Position numbers and translations under genes: made by a program. Below the pieces are notes generated by a model, which was given only the letters and a program-made list of their open reading frames with translations, had not been told where the DNA came from and did no database searches. DNA of 64,000 nt, from assembly GCA_963803805.1 (NCBI GenBank), contig CAWDOD010000010.1, forward strand, positions 448,001 through 512,000, read 5' to 3'. Origin of the DNA: an uncultured cyanobacterium (GTDB lineage Bacteria; Cyanobacteriota; Cyanobacteriia; Cyanobacteriales; CAWCAG01). This document shows positions 9,832 through 19,258 of this stretch, one piece after another. Numbering within the stretch: the first letter of the stretch is position 1; every line of letters begins with the position of its first letter.

Positions 9832-11067
9832 CTAGCTATTAGCAGCTACTGCCATCGCCTTTATTTCAAATATTTTCTTAATAGCATCTTCTACCACCTT
9901 ATCAGGAGTAGAAGCCCCAGAGGTTACACCTACGGTAATTGGACCTTCGGGGAGCCAATTTTCCTTGATTTCTAAATCTTTACCTAAAGGTTTATGTTCA
10001 ACTCTATTTTCTGAGCTAATGCGCTCTGCACTATCAATATGATAAGAAGGAATTTTTTCTTCAATAGCAATCTCTTGTAAATGAGTGGTATTGGAAGAAT
10101 TGTAACCACCAATTACTAACATCAAATCGAGCTTTTCTTCTACTAAGCCGAATATAGCATCTTGTCTTTCTTGGGTAGCATCACAAATAGTGTTGAAACT
10201 CATAAAATGCTCAGTGAACTTAGCGAGTCCATATTTTTTGAGCATAGTCCGTTCAAACAATTTACCAATTTGCTCTGTTTCACTTTTGAGCATAGTAGTT
10301 TGGTTAGCAATGCCAATTTTATCTAAATCTGTATCGGGGTCAAAATTAGCAGAATGAGCGTTTTTAAATTTAACAAGAAATTCTTCGGAATTGCCCCCTT
10401 GCAAAATATAATCAGCGACATAATGGGCTTGCTCTAAATTGAGAACAACCAAATATTTATCAGCAAAAGAACTTGTAGCAATGGTTTCTTCATGGGCATA
10501 TTTACCATGAATAATCGAAGTAAAGTCTTTTTTCTTATGCTTTTCTACAGAGTTCCAAACCTTAGATACCCAAGGGCAAGTGGTATCAACAATAGTACAA
10601 CCCTTATCATTGAGGAGTTGCATTTCTGTTACGCTAGCTCCAAAGGCGGGTAAAATTACTACATCTCCTGTACCAACTACAGAAAAATCTTTATCACCAT
10701 TAACAACGGTAATGAAACCAACATTCATCTCTCGCAAACGTTGATTAACAGAAGGATTATGGATAATTTCATTGGTAATCCAAATGTGTTCTGTGGGGAA
10801 ATGCTGGCGAGTTTCATAAGCCATAGCCACAGCACGCTCCACCCCCCAACAAAAGCCGAAAGCTTCTGCTAAGCGAATAGTGACATCTCCTTTGCTTAAA
10901 CGATAATTGTTGTCGCGGATTTCTTGAATCAAATTGCTTTGATATTCAGAGTTTAGAACAGCATTAACTTCCTCACTATGACCAAATCCTTTGCGGTGGT
11001 AGTTTTGAGAGTGGGCAAGAGAACGTTTAAAAGCTTTTGTATCTATTTTGCTTGGATGATCGCTCAT
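9832..11067 (-). CDS. ispH: 4-hydroxy-3-methylbut-2-enyl diphosphate reductase
   Basis: [35 protein letters not shown] and GASTPD motifs. Confidence 0.95.
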   Translation of the reverse strand: MSDHPSKIDTKAFKRSLAHSQNYHRKGFGHSEEVNAVLNSEYQSNLIQEIRDNNYRLSKGDVTIRLAEAFGFCWGVERAVAMAYETRQHFPTEHIWITNEIIHNPSVNQRLREMNVGFITVVNGDKDFSVVGTGDVVILPAFGASVTEMQLLNDKGCTIVDTTCPWVSKVWNSVEKHKKKDFTSIIHGKYAHEETIATSSFADKYLVVLNLEQAHYVADYILQGGNSEEFLVKFKNAHSANFDPDTDLDKIGIANQTTMLKSETEQIGKLFERTMLKKYGLAKFTEHFMSFNTICDATQERQDAIFGLVEEKLDLMLVIGGYNSSNTTHLQEIAIEEKIPSYHIDSAERISSENRVEHKPLGKDLEIKENWLPEGPITVGVTSGASTPDKVVEDAIKKIFEIKAMAVAANS

Positions 11068-11094
11068 TTGTCGATTAAGTAATTAATTAAAAAT

Positions 11095-11913
11095 TTAGGG
11101 TGTCTCAATCTCTAACTGGCTAGAAACTTGCAGGGCAATACGCCAAAGTTCATAACCTTCTTCATTGAGATGTAAACCATCTGTAGTCAGTTCTGTGTTT
11201 AGATTACCTTGGTCGTCGGCAAAAAGGGAGTAGAGATCAAGATAAATAATTTCTTTTTGTTCAGCAATTTTCTCCAGACGACGATTAATATTACGAATAT
11301 CTAGGTTAGGAATCTCTAACAAACGCTCCCGCCCTTCCCAGGTTGCCTGAGAGCCGCTATGGGGCAAAATAGATTGCAAGATTATCTTACTTTCAGGATG
11401 ATTGCGCTTTAAGTATTTAACAATTAACTCCACATTGGCGACAACAGTTTCTCCTTCAACTCCCCGAATCAGATCGTTAATACCGATCATAATAAAAATA
11501 CCCTGGGGATCAGTTTCATCTATAAGTTGTAAACGTCTAAGCAATCCTGCTGAACCTTCCCCAGAAATACCTTGATTAAGCCAGTATCTTTGCTCAGGTA
11601 ATAATTCAGGAGGAAACCAGAGACTAATAGAGTCTCCCAAAAGTACAGTAAGATGTTCTGGTTGTTTTTTTGCTGCGACTTTAGCTTCTTGTTTTAGTAA
11701 ATTAACCCACTCTTGATAGGTAAGTTTTTGTTTTTCCCCTAACTCAGGACTAGAAGTTATTTTCGGGACAGAATTGTTTTCTACTGAAAAGTCTGACCTA
11801 GCCACAGAAAGCAAGTTGCTTTCTTCGTCCCCCCACCAAAGATAGGTAAGGAGAAGAATAAATAGTCCATTGATGACTAAGGAGAAAAAAGCCCAACGAG
11901 GACAGCGCTTCAA
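11095..11913 (-). CDS. SGNH/GDSL hydrolase, membrane-anchored
   Basis: LLGDSIS, NQGISG, GIND and DGLHLN blocks plus an N-terminal TM segment. Confidence 0.88.
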   Translation of the reverse strand: MKRCPRWAFFSLVINGLFILLLTYLWWGDEESNLLSVARSDFSVENNSVPKITSSPELGEKQKLTYQEWVNLLKQEAKVAAKKQPEHLTVLLGDSISLWFPPELLPEQRYWLNQGISGEGSAGLLRRLQLIDETDPQGIFIMIGINDLIRGVEGETVVANVELIVKYLKRNHPESKIILQSILPHSGSQATWEGRERLLEIPNLDIRNINRRLEKIAEQKEIIYLDLYSLFADDQGNLNTELTTDGLHLNEEGYELWRIALQVSSQLEIETP

Positions 11914-12071
11914 GACAATAATACCGCTTCTTTGGAAGTCAAAAGGGGCGAGAGTCCCTCGCCGAATTCAAAAGTCAAAAGTAATGAGGATCAACTTTGT
12001 ATTAAAAGTATCTCAAACCGCAACTTCATCAAAATAGTATAAACACGAATTGTTCTTAATAATTTTGTACC

Positions 12072-12123
12072 AAAAAATGCCCGCCTTCAACCGAGAATTG
12101 ATTTTTCTCGCTCAAAGACGGGC
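12072..12123 (-). terminator. Terminator of amt
   Basis: Long hairpin GCCCGTCTTTGAGCGAGAA...TTCTCGGTTGAAGGCGGGC followed by A-T6 on the minus strand. Confidence 0.8.
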
Positions 12124-12163
12124 TTTCCTTAACTAAATGGATAAAAGTTAAGAGTAGTGAAGT

Positions 12164-13663
12164 TTAGATTTCTGATGGTGGAGCAACATCACTTGCGCTG
12201 CCAATGGTACTGGGGCTGACACCGAAAGCGTCAGCTTCAGTAACAAAACCAGCATAGGCTTCCATACCATGTTCGGCTTTGTCTAAGCCCTCGAACTCTT
12301 CTTCTGGATGAACACGAATACCAATAGTTGCTTTGAGTACACCCCAAACAATGGCGCTGAAAATAACGGTAAAGGCTCCAACAGAGAGGATACCAATGAT
12401 TTGGTGAATAATACTAGCGCCGCCGAATATACCAACCGCTAAAGTTCCCCAAATACCACAGACAAGGTGGACAGAGGTCGCACCAACAGGGTCATCAATT
12501 CTGATTTTGTCAAAGAAAGCCACAGAGAAGACCACAATGACTCCAGCAACTGCACCAATAATGATCGCAGAGATTAAGCTGACGGAGGCACAACCAGCAG
12601 TAATACCCACTAAGCCCGCTAAGATACCGTTGATAATCATAGAGAGGTCGGGTTTACCGGAGGTTATCCAACTAGTGGCAGTTGCCGTACAACCTCCTGC
12701 TGCCGCAGCGAGGTTAGTGGTAACAGCAATATAAGGAACATTCGCATCAGCCGCTAATTGAGAGCCAGGGTTGAAACCAAACCAGCCAATCCAGAGAATT
12801 AAGCAACCAAGGGTCGCCAGACTCATGTTGTGACCAGGAATAGCTCGGATCGAACCATCCGGAGCATATTTACCTTGACGAGGCCCTAAGAATGCTGCTC
12901 CTACTAAAGCTGCCCAACCACCCACAGAGTGAACGATGGTGGAGCCAGCAAAGTCAACAAAACCGGCGGGGTCTCCTGCTGCATCTGTACCCAATTCCGC
13001 TAACCAACCACCATCCCATAACCAATGTCCGGTAATAGGATAAGAAATAGCAACGAGCAAGAAACTGAAAATCAAGAAAGCATCAAACTTAATCCTTTCA
13101 GCAACAGCACCGGAAACAATAGTCGCTGCCGTAGCAGCAAAGGCTACTTGGAAAAGGAAAGAAATCGCTACAGGTACAGCTTCTGGGTAAGGATCATCTC
13201 CGTAGGGAACAGGATCATTGTTGAAGAAAAAGCCATCTAAACCAATGAAACTATTACCTTCGCCATACATTAAACCAAAACCAATGGCCCAATAAGCAAT
13301 AGTGGCAATGGCGAAAACGATCAGGTTTTTGGCCAAAATATTGACGGCATTCTTTTGGCGACAGAAACCTGTTTCTAGCATCCCGAATCCTGCATTCATG
13401 AAGATGACTAGGACTGAGGAAAACAGTAAGAAAATAGAGTCGAGGACGACTTGCATTTCTTCAGGACTTGAAGGAGCTTCAAAATCCTGAGCCGAGGCAG
13501 CCGTGTTCCAGAAAACAACAATGATTGCTGCTAAAGGAATACAAGCTAGCCAGTAGGGGGAAAATAGGCGAGCCACTGTTTTAATTGGCTCGAAATAGGG
13601 AGCATCCCAAAAGCTTGGGGGACGCTGTTTTTTCTTTTTAAGACTTGGATTAGACATCATCAC
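12164..13663 (-). CDS. amt: Ammonium transporter (Amt1 type)
   Basis: [35 protein letters not shown] and [10 protein letters not shown] motifs. Confidence 0.95.
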   Translation of the reverse strand: MMMSNPSLKKKKQRPPSFWDAPYFEPIKTVARLFSPYWLACIPLAAIIVVFWNTAASAQDFEAPSSPEEMQVVLDSIFLLFSSVLVIFMNAGFGMLETGFCRQKNAVNILAKNLIVFAIATIAYWAIGFGLMYGEGNSFIGLDGFFFNNDPVPYGDDPYPEAVPVAISFLFQVAFAATAATIVSGAVAERIKFDAFLIFSFLLVAISYPITGHWLWDGGWLAELGTDAAGDPAGFVDFAGSTIVHSVGGWAALVGAAFLGPRQGKYAPDGSIRAIPGHNMSLATLGCLILWIGWFGFNPGSQLAADANVPYIAVTTNLAAAAGGCTATATSWITSGKPDLSMIINGILAGLVGITAGCASVSLISAIIIGAVAGVIVVFSVAFFDKIRIDDPVGATSVHLVCGIWGTLAVGIFGGASIIHQIIGILSVGAFTVIFSAIVWGVLKATIGIRVHPEEEFEGLDKAEHGMEAYAGFVTEADAFGVSPSTIGSASDVAPPSEI

Positions 13664-14004
13664 TGGACTTTCCTGGGTTAGTGAAGCATAACTGCAAATT
13701 TTTTAGCTCGAAGTGGGTAGACTACCTCCTGAAAGGTTAGGAACATTTTTTTGAGTTACCTGAGCTAGGTTAAAAGTTTCATAGCTCAGTCACTTTTTAA
13801 GGCTCTGAGCAGAGGCAAGCACCAAATTTTTTCTCTACTCTAAAAGCACTAAGTTGTCCTACGAAAAAAACCTACAGATATTTTGTGAAAGAGTCAAGAG
13901 AGCAATAGCTTAATACTTAAGTATTCTTTTCCCTTGAAGCTAGTAAATAGAGCTAGCTTATTCTGCTAAGTTTAGAAATGTTCTGCTTCTTCAAGATAGT
14001 TTTC

Positions 14005-14020
14005 TGTATCAGAAAATACA
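14005..14020. promoter_or_regulatory. NtcA-binding site upstream of amt
   Basis: TGTA-TCAGAAAA-TACA is a perfect GTA-N8-TAC about 340 bp upstream of amt, a known NtcA target class. Confidence 0.8.
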
Positions 14021-14449
14021 GTTTTGTCTGAATGCTGATAAATTTTGCTAACAAACCCATAGTTAATGCTTAAGGTCAAATTTCTAGACATTAGTTATCA
14101 ATATCTGTTACTAGAAGGGATCTAGAACTACTTTTAGACTGGGATTTTTAGGAAAAACATCTTACTGAGAGCAATAAAAATGGTAATTTAACGATATTTT
14201 TTATTTTGCAACACCAACCAATGCAAGTTAAGTAACAATAATCACTTTTGTAAATATTAATCAATTTAATTAATTAATGATGAAAGATATAAAATCCCTT
14301 GATTTTATATAGTTAGTTTTTAATGGCTCCGTGATATTTGTTACTGAGTTGCTAGTTATCTAGCTAAGGAAATTATGATATTTCGGAAGAACAATATAGG
14401 AGTTATCAGTACCTCATGGTACTGTCTAGACTATTGTTTTTGCTAATAA

Positions 14450-14495
14450 GCTAGTGGCTAATGGAAATGTACCTCAGCAGCTTAGGAATTGCTAT
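14450..14495. repeat. Dispersed repeat (family B, copy 1)
   Basis: 41/46 identical to the reverse complement of 44383-44428. A related end, TTAGGATTGCTAT, lies at 14583-14595. Confidence 0.8.
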
Positions 14496-14605
14496 TTTAA
14501 AAAAAGGGAATAGGAAACGGGGGAAATAAATACCTCGTTTTTTCCTCTAGAAAAAGAGCGATGTTAGATTTTTACGAATCACTTAGGATTGCTATGTTCC
14601 TTTAC

Positions 14606-15133
14606 TCATTCTTGAGTTTGGAGATATTGTTGATAACCAATTGCTTCGAGCTTTTCTTGTTTTTTTAACACAGAGTTATGTAAATTTTGGCGGTATTGCT
14701 GTACTTTTTCTAATAAATTGGACTGGTGGGAAGCAATAATTTGTACGGCTAACAATCCGGCATTTTGAGCATTGCCAATAGCTACCGTTGCTACAGGAAT
14801 ACCTCTAGGCATTTGGACAATTGAGTATAAAGAATCAACCCCATTAAGATGGCGCGTTGCTATAGGTACACCAATGACTGGAAGAGGGGTTAAAGAAGCT
14901 ACCATACCAGGCAGATGGGCAGCCCCTCCTGCCCCAGCAATAATGACTTTAATTCCCCTACTATGGGCATTCTTGGCATAGCTAACCATCTTTTCAGGAG
15001 TACGATGGGCTGAAACGATCGCTACTTCATGAGCAACAGCAAATTCCTCACAAACAGCGATCGCCGCTTTCATGGTGGGTAAATCGGAATCGCTACCCAT
15101 AATAATACCGATTGAGGGTATAGTTTCACTCAT
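14606..15133 (-). CDS. purE: N5-CAIR mutase
   Basis: [25 protein letters not shown] and [14 protein letters not shown] motifs. Confidence 0.96.
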   Translation of the reverse strand: MSETIPSIGIIMGSDSDLPTMKAAIAVCEEFAVAHEVAIVSAHRTPEKMVSYAKNAHSRGIKVIIAGAGGAAHLPGMVASLTPLPVIGVPIATRHLNGVDSLYSIVQMPRGIPVATVAIGNAQNAGLLAVQIIASHQSNLLEKVQQYRQNLHNSVLKKQEKLEAIGYQQYLQTQE

Positions 15134-15232
15134 AATGGAAAAGGGAGTGGGTAGTAGGGAACAAGAAGTTGACTTTCCTGAATTTTATAACAGCAGGGGC
15201 AAGGAAGTCCTTGTTATTACCAGTAAACAGTT

Positions 15233-16438
15233 ATGACTCAAGCATTTACAGCCTTTCAACAGCTCCCAAACAGTTTTACAATTATTAATGCCCGATTGTC
15301 AGGATATCAGGATTTACAGCAAGTTCAGGTAAAAGAAGGCGCAATTAGGGCCATAATGCCCACAAAAGAGGTACAAAAGCAGGAAAATACTGTGGATTTT
15401 GGAGGAGACTGGCTTTCTCTAGGAGGAATAGATTTACAAATCAATGGAGGTTTAGGTTTAGCTTTTCCAGATTTGGAAAAACAGCATTTTCCTTTATTGA
15501 CAAAAATAAGTAAATACTTATGGAATCAGGGAGTCGATGGATTTTTACCAACTATTGTCACAACTTCCCCCGAAAAAATTCGGCGATCGCTAGCTACAAT
15601 TGCTGCTTATCTTTCTTCTCAACCAAGTCAAACAGCCCAGATCCTTGGTGTTCACTTAGAAGGGCCTTTTTTAAACCCAGAGAAGCGGGGCGCTCATCCC
15701 CAAGAATATCTTTTACCATTAACTTTAGATAGAGTTAAAAGGATCTTGGGGGATTACGACAAGATAGTCAAAGTAATCACCTTAGCACCAGAATTAGATT
15801 CTAGCGCTCAAGTAATTCCTTACTTACATTCGGCAGGCATTACCACCAGCCTCGGCCATTCCTTAGCTACAGCCTCCCAAGCAAAAGAAGCCTTTAAACA
15901 AGGGGCATCAATGGTAACTCACGCTTTTAATGCTATGCCCAGCTTACACCACCGAGAACCAGGGTTATTAGGGGAAGCCTTAGTTAATCCTCAAGTTAAG
16001 TGTGGTTTCATAGCTGATGGGCAGCACATTTGTCCAACGATGATGAAGTTGTTACTTCGTGCCGGAAACTATAATCAAGGCATCTTCTTAGTCAGTGATG
16101 CCTTAGCACCAATAGGTTTACCCGACGGTACTTATCCTTGGGATAGCCGTCAAATTGAAGTCAGACAAGGAACAGCAAGATTAGCTGACGGTACTTTGTC
16201 CGGTACAACCTTACCCTTGTTAGAAGGAGTAAAAAACTTAGTCGAGTGGAAAATATGTAATTTAGGAGTTGCGATCGCCTTAGCTATAGAATCTCCACGA
16301 CAAGCCATTGGTTTAACAGGTTTAGGAATAGGAACTCGGGCTACTCAATTATTACGTTGGCATTGGCAAAAAGACTCTTCTTCTTTAAGTTGGCAAAGGT
16401 TAACTAGTGGTCTGTCAATTGAAAAAGGTAAAGGTTAG
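15233..16438 (+). CDS. nagA: N-acetylglucosamine-6-phosphate deacetylase
   Basis: HLEGPFLNPEKRGAH, TLAPE, THAFNAM and IADGQH motifs. Confidence 0.92.
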   Translation: MTQAFTAFQQLPNSFTIINARLSGYQDLQQVQVKEGAIRAIMPTKEVQKQENTVDFGGDWLSLGGIDLQINGGLGLAFPDLEKQHFPLLTKISKYLWNQGVDGFLPTIVTTSPEKIRRSLATIAAYLSSQPSQTAQILGVHLEGPFLNPEKRGAHPQEYLLPLTLDRVKRILGDYDKIVKVITLAPELDSSAQVIPYLHSAGITTSLGHSLATASQAKEAFKQGASMVTHAFNAMPSLHHREPGLLGEALVNPQVKCGFIADGQHICPTMMKLLLRAGNYNQGIFLVSDALAPIGLPDGTYPWDSRQIEVRQGTARLADGTLSGTTLPLLEGVKNLVEWKICNLGVAIALAIESPRQAIGLTGLGIGTRATQLLRWHWQKDSSSLSWQRLTSGLSIEKGKG

Positions 16439-16489
16439 TATTGTTTGATAGTCAAGTTATCCCTAAATTTAATCTTGACAGACTACTAG
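16404..16489. mobile_element. MITE-like element (family A, copy 2) overlapping the 3' ends of nagA and pyrR
   Basis: CTAGTGGTCTGTCAA ... TTGACAGACTACTAG (14/15 complementary). Confidence 0.65.
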
Positions 16490-17025
16490 CTGTTCCCCCG
16501 AATTAATTCAACAGCATCCCGACCATCAATTTCTTCAAGATAGACTTTAATATTTTCATCCTTGGCCGTCGGTAAATTTTTACCTGTAAAATCAGGATGA
16601 ATGGGGAGTTGACGATGGCCTCAATCTACCAATACAGCGAATAAAATTGCCTCTGGTCGGCCGTACTCTGTGATAGCGTTTAAAGCGGCACGAGCAGTAC
16701 GACCTTTATATATAACATCATCCACCAAGACTATAGTTTTACCTGTAAGATCGAAAGGAATCTCCGTTTGAGCGGGAGTTCGGATACCAATCTTATCTAG
16801 ATCGTCTCGATAAAAAGTAATATCCAAAGAACCTACAGGAACTTGAACTTTTTCTAATATTTCGATTTGCTGCTTTAGTAATTTAGCAAGCATCGCTCCT
16901 CTTGTATAAATGCCCAACAAAGCCAATTGAGAAATGTTGCCAGATTCTTCAATAATTTGGCAAGCCAGGCGAGTCAGAGTACGACGCATTTCTTGGGCTG
17001 AAAGAATTTCGACAACCTCACCCAT
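16486..17025 (-). pseudogene. pyrR: PyrR (pyrimidine regulator/uracil PRTase) with in-frame TGA at 16621-16623
   Basis: LDITFYRDD and [17 protein letters not shown] motifs. The frame continues [18 protein letters not shown]...NS to TAG at 16486; the conserved motif is VDRGHR. Confidence 0.8.
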
Positions 17026-17079
17026 AGGTCAAATCAGCATTTTAGTGTTTACTTATTCAAATTAAAAGGAAATTGGTCG

Positions 17080-18087
17080 CTAGTAAACAAGGAAGATCAA
17101 TAAATGGCTACCTAAACCGACTCCTAACCAAAGCAAAAAACAATTACGACTTAGATTGAGAGCCTGGTTAACCTTGTTTATTGTAATCTCTTGAACAGGT
17201 TCTCCTAAAAGTGGTTTATATTTAAGCGTTCCACCATAAGAATTTTTTCCTCCTAATTGAACTCCCAAAACTGCCGCAAAAGCAGTTTCACTCCAACCAG
17301 AATTAGGACTAGGATCTTTAGGGGCATCGCGCCAACAAAAATACCAAACTTGTTGATATTTACCCGTTAAAACTGCCACACTCAAAACTGTGAGACGACA
17401 GGGAAGCCAAGTAAGATAATCTTCTAATCGGGCGCTAAACCAACCTAGATAAGTGAAAGGTTCATAGCGGTAGCCAACCATAGAATCTAGTGTACTAGCA
17501 GCTTTATAACCAAGGGCTAGGGGGACAGCACCAACCCCTGGTATAAAAGTTCCTAAAATACCATAAAAAAGAGGAGCTGTTACTCCATCTGTGGTATTTT
17601 CTGCTACGGTTTCTAAAATAGCTCGCAAGATTTCTGAGGTTGAAAGTTGGGCTGTATCTCTACCAACATATTGACTTAGTTTAGTACGGGCTAATACTAA
17701 ATCTCTTTTTAGTAAAGATGGCAGAATATCTTCTGCGGCAAAGCGCAAACTGCGACTAGCAAAACAGCTTGCCAAAATGATTATTTCCAAGGTAATAGCT
17801 AAAAAAGAATTAATTTTTGTGGCGCTAAATACTATTAACCAGCCGAAAAAACCACTACCAATAATTAAACCTAATCCCAAACCAATTCCTGCTAAGCGCC
17901 GTTGCCAAGGTTTTTGCCAATATTTAATCACAAATTGCTGAAAATTTACAATCCCCCAGCCCATTATTTGTACAGGGTGAAGTAAATAGCGTGGGTCAGC
18001 AATTAAATAGTCTATAGTCGCTGCTAGTAGTAAAACTATAATCTGTCTAGATTCGTTGTCAATTAACTCGGACAAAATCGCTAACAA
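17080..18087 (-). CDS. cobD: Adenosylcobinamide-phosphate synthase CbiB/CobD
   Basis: HPVQIMG, ETVAENTTDGVTAPLFY, TLDSMVGY and SPNSGW motifs. Confidence 0.92.
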   Translation of the reverse strand: MLAILSELIDNESRQIIVLLLAATIDYLIADPRYLLHPVQIMGWGIVNFQQFVIKYWQKPWQRRLAGIGLGLGLIIGSGFFGWLIVFSATKINSFLAITLEIIILASCFASRSLRFAAEDILPSLLKRDLVLARTKLSQYVGRDTAQLSTSEILRAILETVAENTTDGVTAPLFYGILGTFIPGVGAVPLALGYKAASTLDSMVGYRYEPFTYLGWFSARLEDYLTWLPCRLTVLSVAVLTGKYQQVWYFCWRDAPKDPSPNSGWSETAFAAVLGVQLGGKNSYGGTLKYKPLLGEPVQEITINKVNQALNLSRNCFLLWLGVGLGSHLLIFLVY

Positions 18088-18124
18088 ATAATTATGTAAC
18101 AGCTTTTTAAACCTTGGTCATTCA

Positions 18125-18568
18125 CTAGATAACAAAGCTAGTTTCTTCTCCAAGAGCAGCTTGCCGACTCCTAGCATCATAATAAAGTTCAGCTAGAGTA
18201 ATACTATGGAGTGCCTGTTTCAATCTTTGATGTAATTGTCGCCAGATGCTAAAAGTTACCCAATCTTCTACTCGATCTGCGTCAAGATTATGATGGGGCA
18301 ATGGTTCAATAGTTTCTCCTACTGCTGTTAAAATTTGTCCTAGAGAAATCAGTCCTGGACTAGTTGCAAGTTGATAGCCGCCTTGAGAGCCTCGTATTGA
18401 TTTAACTAAACCAGCACGACGCATTTCAATTAATAATTTTTCTAAATAAGGAGCAGGTAAATCTTGGCGAGAGGCAATTTCTTTTACTGAAGTAGGGCCA
18501 TGATCAGGCTGTAAACTTATATCCAGCAAAGCTTTAACGCTATAGTGTCCACGAGTAGTTAGCTTCAT
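18125..18568 (-). CDS. Rrf2 family transcriptional regulator (no Fe-S cysteines)
   Basis: MKLTTRGHYSVKAL, YLEKLL and SIRGSQGGYQL motifs. Confidence 0.9.
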   Translation of the reverse strand: MKLTTRGHYSVKALLDISLQPDHGPTSVKEIASRQDLPAPYLEKLLIEMRRAGLVKSIRGSQGGYQLATSPGLISLGQILTAVGETIEPLPHHNLDADRVEDWVTFSIWRQLHQRLKQALHSITLAELYYDARSRQAALGEETSFVI

Positions 18569-18826
18569 CTTTGTTTTTTGACATCAATAATTATTAGAAA
18601 TTAGATTGCTTATTTAAGCTTGTCGTTGAGTTTCAATACACTAGAAGTATTTGTTCACAAAATAGCAAATTTTTGTTATCAGACAGATAGTTTATAATCA
18701 GATTGACTTACTGCGTGTAATATAGTTTTATATCTTAATAACAGACCAGGATTTTTTTGCCTTTGCTTTTCAAAGAGCTAGACAATAAACCTATCTAGTA
18801 CTTAAGTCTTTAGTTATATATACAAG

Positions 18827-19228
18827 TTGATGGCTAAAAAGAAAAAAGTCGAACCTTTAACTGGTGAAGCCCTACTCAAGAAAGTTAAAGAACTAGGCAA
18901 TCTTAGTAAGGAAGAAAAAGCAAGAGAGTGCGGTTACTACACAGTAACTAAAAACGATGTAGAGCGTGTCAATATGATGAAATTTCTCAATGCTCTAATT
19001 GATGCAGAGGGAATTGAATTAGACAGTACCGTCAACGGCCATGGTCGGGGAGGGCGTTCTGCTAGCTATCGTATTAGTGTACAGTCTAATCATAATTTGT
19101 TAATTGGCTCTGCTTATACAAAGAAAATGGGCTTGAAGCCTGGAGATGAATTTGAAATCACTCTAGGCAGGAAACACATTCATCTTAAACAAATAGATGA
19201 ATCTGAAGAAATGGATGAGGAATCTTAA
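18827..19228 (+). CDS. cyAbrB transcriptional regulator (cyAbrB2/CalB clade)
   Basis: PLTGEALLKKVKEL, RVNMMKFLNALIDAEG and GRGGRSASYRISVQSN resemble the Sll0822 type. Confidence 0.9.
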   Translation: MMAKKKKVEPLTGEALLKKVKELGNLSKEEKARECGYYTVTKNDVERVNMMKFLNALIDAEGIELDSTVNGHGRGGRSASYRISVQSNHNLLIGSAYTKKMGLKPGDEFEITLGRKHIHLKQIDESEEMDEES

Positions 19229-19258
19229 AGTTATTGATATTTCTCCAGAGAAAATGGC

